A stretch of 63,314 nt of DNA, the filler included, from Thermodesulfobacteriota bacterium (lineage in GTDB: Bacteria; DASVDK01), in assembly GCA_036381125.1 (NCBI GenBank). It is 9 parts of 9 records of this genome, joined end to end, with 100 filler letters (N's around TTAATTAATTAA, not from the genome) between each part and the next. Parts side by side here need not be neighbours in the genome. Positions count along the whole stretch, not along the records: positions 60,452 to 63,314 come from DASVDK010000328.1; 8 more parts are not named here. The stretch is one strand, 5' to 3'. The notes under the pieces were generated by a model. The model worked only from the letters and a program-made list of their open reading frames with translations. It made no database searches and had not been told where the DNA came from. Shown here piece after piece: positions 61,174 to 63,314 of the stretch. The translations under genes were made by a program, and so were the position numbers. The stretch's first letter is position 1, and the number at the start of each line of letters is the position of its first letter.

Positions 61174-62121
61174 ATGTCGATCACCTGGACCTACGACGCC
61201 CCGTCCGGCGTCTACAAGAGCCATGCCCTCTCGCGCGCCATCTTCGAGGCCGCGATCGAGGAGGTGCAGTTCGCGAGCTACGCCGAGCCGGTGCGCGGCT
61301 TCGGCCGCAAGCGCGGCGAGTCGATCACGCTGCCGCGCGTCGGCCGCCTCGCCGAGCCGGCGAACGCGAAGCTCCAGGAGGGCACGCGGATTCCCGAGGA
61401 TGCCCTCGCGCTCTCGACCGTGACGATCACGGTCAACGAGTACGGCCGCGCGGTGCCCTTCACCTCGCTCCTCGAGGACCTGTCCGAGATCAACATCGAG
61501 AACCAGGTGCAGCGGCTCCTCAAGGAGCAGCAGCGGCTCGTCATGGACACGGCCGCCGCGGCGGCCTTCAAGACGGCCAAGGTCTGCTACATCCCGACCT
61601 CGGTGTCGGCCGGGACCTTCGACACGGACGGCACGCCGTCCACGACGGCGACCGCCAACTGGAACGTGTTCCACGTCGAGGAGATCGCCGACTACCTCTA
61701 CGACACGCTCCTCGCCCCGCCCTACGAGGGCGACGACTACATCGCCATCGTGCGGACGCTGGGGCTGCGCGGCATCAAGCGCGACCCGGCGTGGGAGCAG
61801 TGGCACCTCTACACGAACCCGGAGGCGAAGGCCGCGGGCGAGGTGGGGCGCATCGAGCGGATGCGCTTCATCCAGACCAACCACAACAACGCGCTCGGCA
61901 AGGTCGGCACGGGCTCGGTGCTCGGCGAGGGCGTCGTGTTCGGCCGCGATGCGGTCGCGTTCGCCGAGGCGGTGACGCCGGAGCTGCGCATGCAGCTCAA
62001 CGCCAACAACGACTTCGGCCGGTCCCGCGCCATCGCCTGGTACGGCGTGATGGAATGGGGATTGATCTTCGACACGAGCAACGCGGGCGAGGCCCGCGTC
62101 GTCCGGGTCACCTCGGCGTAG
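61174..62121 (+). CDS. Phage major capsid protein (N4-gp56-like)
   Basis: G..RGESIT, L.EG..IP, T.TVNEYG, GEVGRIE..RFI.T, DFGR.R.IAWY; 315 aa. Confidence 0.75.
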   Translation: MSITWTYDAPSGVYKSHALSRAIFEAAIEEVQFASYAEPVRGFGRKRGESITLPRVGRLAEPANAKLQEGTRIPEDALALSTVTITVNEYGRAVPFTSLLEDLSEINIENQVQRLLKEQQRLVMDTAAAAAFKTAKVCYIPTSVSAGTFDTDGTPSTTATANWNVFHVEEIADYLYDTLLAPPYEGDDYIAIVRTLGLRGIKRDPAWEQWHLYTNPEAKAAGEVGRIERMRFIQTNHNNALGKVGTGSVLGEGVVFGRDAVAFAEAVTPELRMQLNANNDFGRSRAIAWYGVMEWGLIFDTSNAGEARVVRVTSA

Positions 62122-62148
62122 GCGCCGCACGCGGAAGGAGACGCAGGC

Positions 62149-62577
62149 ATGGCAGGCTACACCGACAACCTCGTGCTCTACATCGGCGCCGAGACGCAGG
62201 ACGAGGCGAGCGCGGCCGACGTGCTCGATGTCGAGTTCCCGACGGGCGGCGTCGTCTACGAGTTCGGGCTCATCCAGACGGAGCTCGCCTCGGGCAACGC
62301 CCCGGTCGTCGCGCTCGACCTCTCGTCCTCGGCCGCGGAGAGCGACCGGACCGAGCAGGCGACGATCACGCCGAGCACCACGCAGGCGGCCGGCAGCCGC
62401 GTGCGGTCGAGCTCGTCGAAGTTCCCGCTGAACGTGCCGCACGGTGGGCGCGTGACGCTCGAGCACAAGACGGCCGGCACCGCGGCCGGGGCCTACAAGC
62501 CCTACATCATCGCCAAGCACAGCGGCGTCGTGGCCATCTCGACCACGGCCTCGCCCGTGACTGAGGTCGCCGCGTAG
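62149..62577 (+). CDS. Putative virion structural protein
   Basis: AAGGAG RBS; Ser/Thr/Ala-rich, beta-like; follows the capsid gene. Confidence 0.55.
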   Translation: MAGYTDNLVLYIGAETQDEASAADVLDVEFPTGGVVYEFGLIQTELASGNAPVVALDLSSSAAESDRTEQATITPSTTQAAGSRVRSSSSKFPLNVPHGGRVTLEHKTAGTAAGAYKPYIIAKHSGVVAISTTASPVTEVAA

Positions 62578-62579
62578 CC

Positions 62580-62927
62580 ATGGCGCTCACGGCGACCTAC
62601 ACGATCGAGCGCTCCTGGATTCCCTGGGGGCCCGGGGCCGGCCTGCGGCACCGACTCGTCAAGATCGCGATCCCGGGCGGCGAGACCTACGGCACGGGGC
62701 TCGCGCTCGACCAGGCCAAGCTCGGCTGTCCCACCCACGTCGCGAGTCTCGCGGTGCTCGGTGGCGACACGCTCACCGGGCACGTCTGGAAGTGGGACCG
62801 GGACAGCGCAGTGCTGCGGGCCTACGAGGGCGACTACGCGCAGGCCGCGGACGCGCCGCTCGCGGAACTGGACAGCGGCGACACGCCGAGCGCGCAGGAC
62901 CTGCTCGTCGAAGTGAAGGGGTATTGA
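62580..62927 (+). CDS. Putative head decoration protein
   Basis: Small protein with Y.TG...LG...WD....L.AY...E...G..V.V.G pattern in the head module. Confidence 0.5.
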   Translation: MALTATYTIERSWIPWGPGAGLRHRLVKIAIPGGETYGTGLALDQAKLGCPTHVASLAVLGGDTLTGHVWKWDRDSAVLRAYEGDYAQAADAPLAELDSGDTPSAQDLLVEVKGY

Positions 62928-63314
62928 TGCCGATCGAGCCGGTCCACGTGATCGAGGTCGGCCGCGACGGCAAGCCGCGGCTCACGCGCGTGAACCCCTT
63001 GCGCCGGTGGGTGCAGCAGGAGCGGCTGCCGAACGGGCAGGCGAATCCGGAGTACCACCCGCCGATCGTCTGGCAGGCGGGGCGCTTCATGGACGACGGC
63101 GGCCGCGAGCTGCCGCTCGACGCGGTGCCCCAGTACATCCGCGATGACGTGGCGCGGCGCGTGCCGACGCACACGCCGGAGGCCGCGCCGGCCTTCCTGC
63201 GCGCCTGCCCGATCGTGATGAACGGGGTGCCGTGCGATCGGCCGGTCCTCTCGACCGAGTTCGAGGCGCACCTCGTCGCCCACGCGCAGGGCACGCTCGT
63301 CCTCGAGGATCGCG
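62927..63314 (+). CDS. Phage hypothetical protein, 3' truncated
   Basis: TGATG coupling; open frame MPIEPVHVIEVGRDGKP.. to the window end. Confidence 0.6.
   Translation, partial: MPIEPVHVIEVGRDGKPRLTRVNPLRRWVQQERLPNGQANPEYHPPIVWQAGRFMDDGGRELPLDAVPQYIRDDVARRVPTHTPEAAPAFLRACPIVMNGVPCDRPVLSTEFEAHLVAHAQGTLVLEDR

Overview
This window is nine unordered, very GC-rich bacterial contigs, probably a metagenome bin. They are joined by artificial 100-nt N spacers carrying TTAATTAATTAA, at 19876, 26996, 34049, 38629, 41970, 47488, 54947 and 60352, so synteny holds only within a contig. Most genes are metabolic: pckG, an ICL/PEP-mutase lyase with leuCD-like and FAH-hydratase genes, mprF, larA/fdhDE, a prk-tal-rpe operon, a 3-keto-glycoside-type cluster, a D-aminoacylase/ALDH/aminotransferase cluster, and folE with two PTPS genes. 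There is also a HEAT/CheR/CheB/GAF/CheY chemosensory cluster, tRNA-Gln(CTG) and a phage head module. The best candidate for an undescribed system is a multicopy DUF222-like/HNH nuclease gene tied to the perfect palindrome (G)AACTCGGTTCGAACCGAGTT(C). The palindrome lies upstream of both gene copies and downstream of the HNH domain of the complete copy. That copy is also preceded by a collapsed mini-copy made of a degenerate palindrome, a promoter-like box and 36 nt of the gene itself. Other highlights are prk next to a transaldolase, a 25-bp GGGGTCAGGTCT repeat family at gene 3' ends, and two operons converging on an identical aminotransferase start. All product calls come from motif recognition; no database searches were run.
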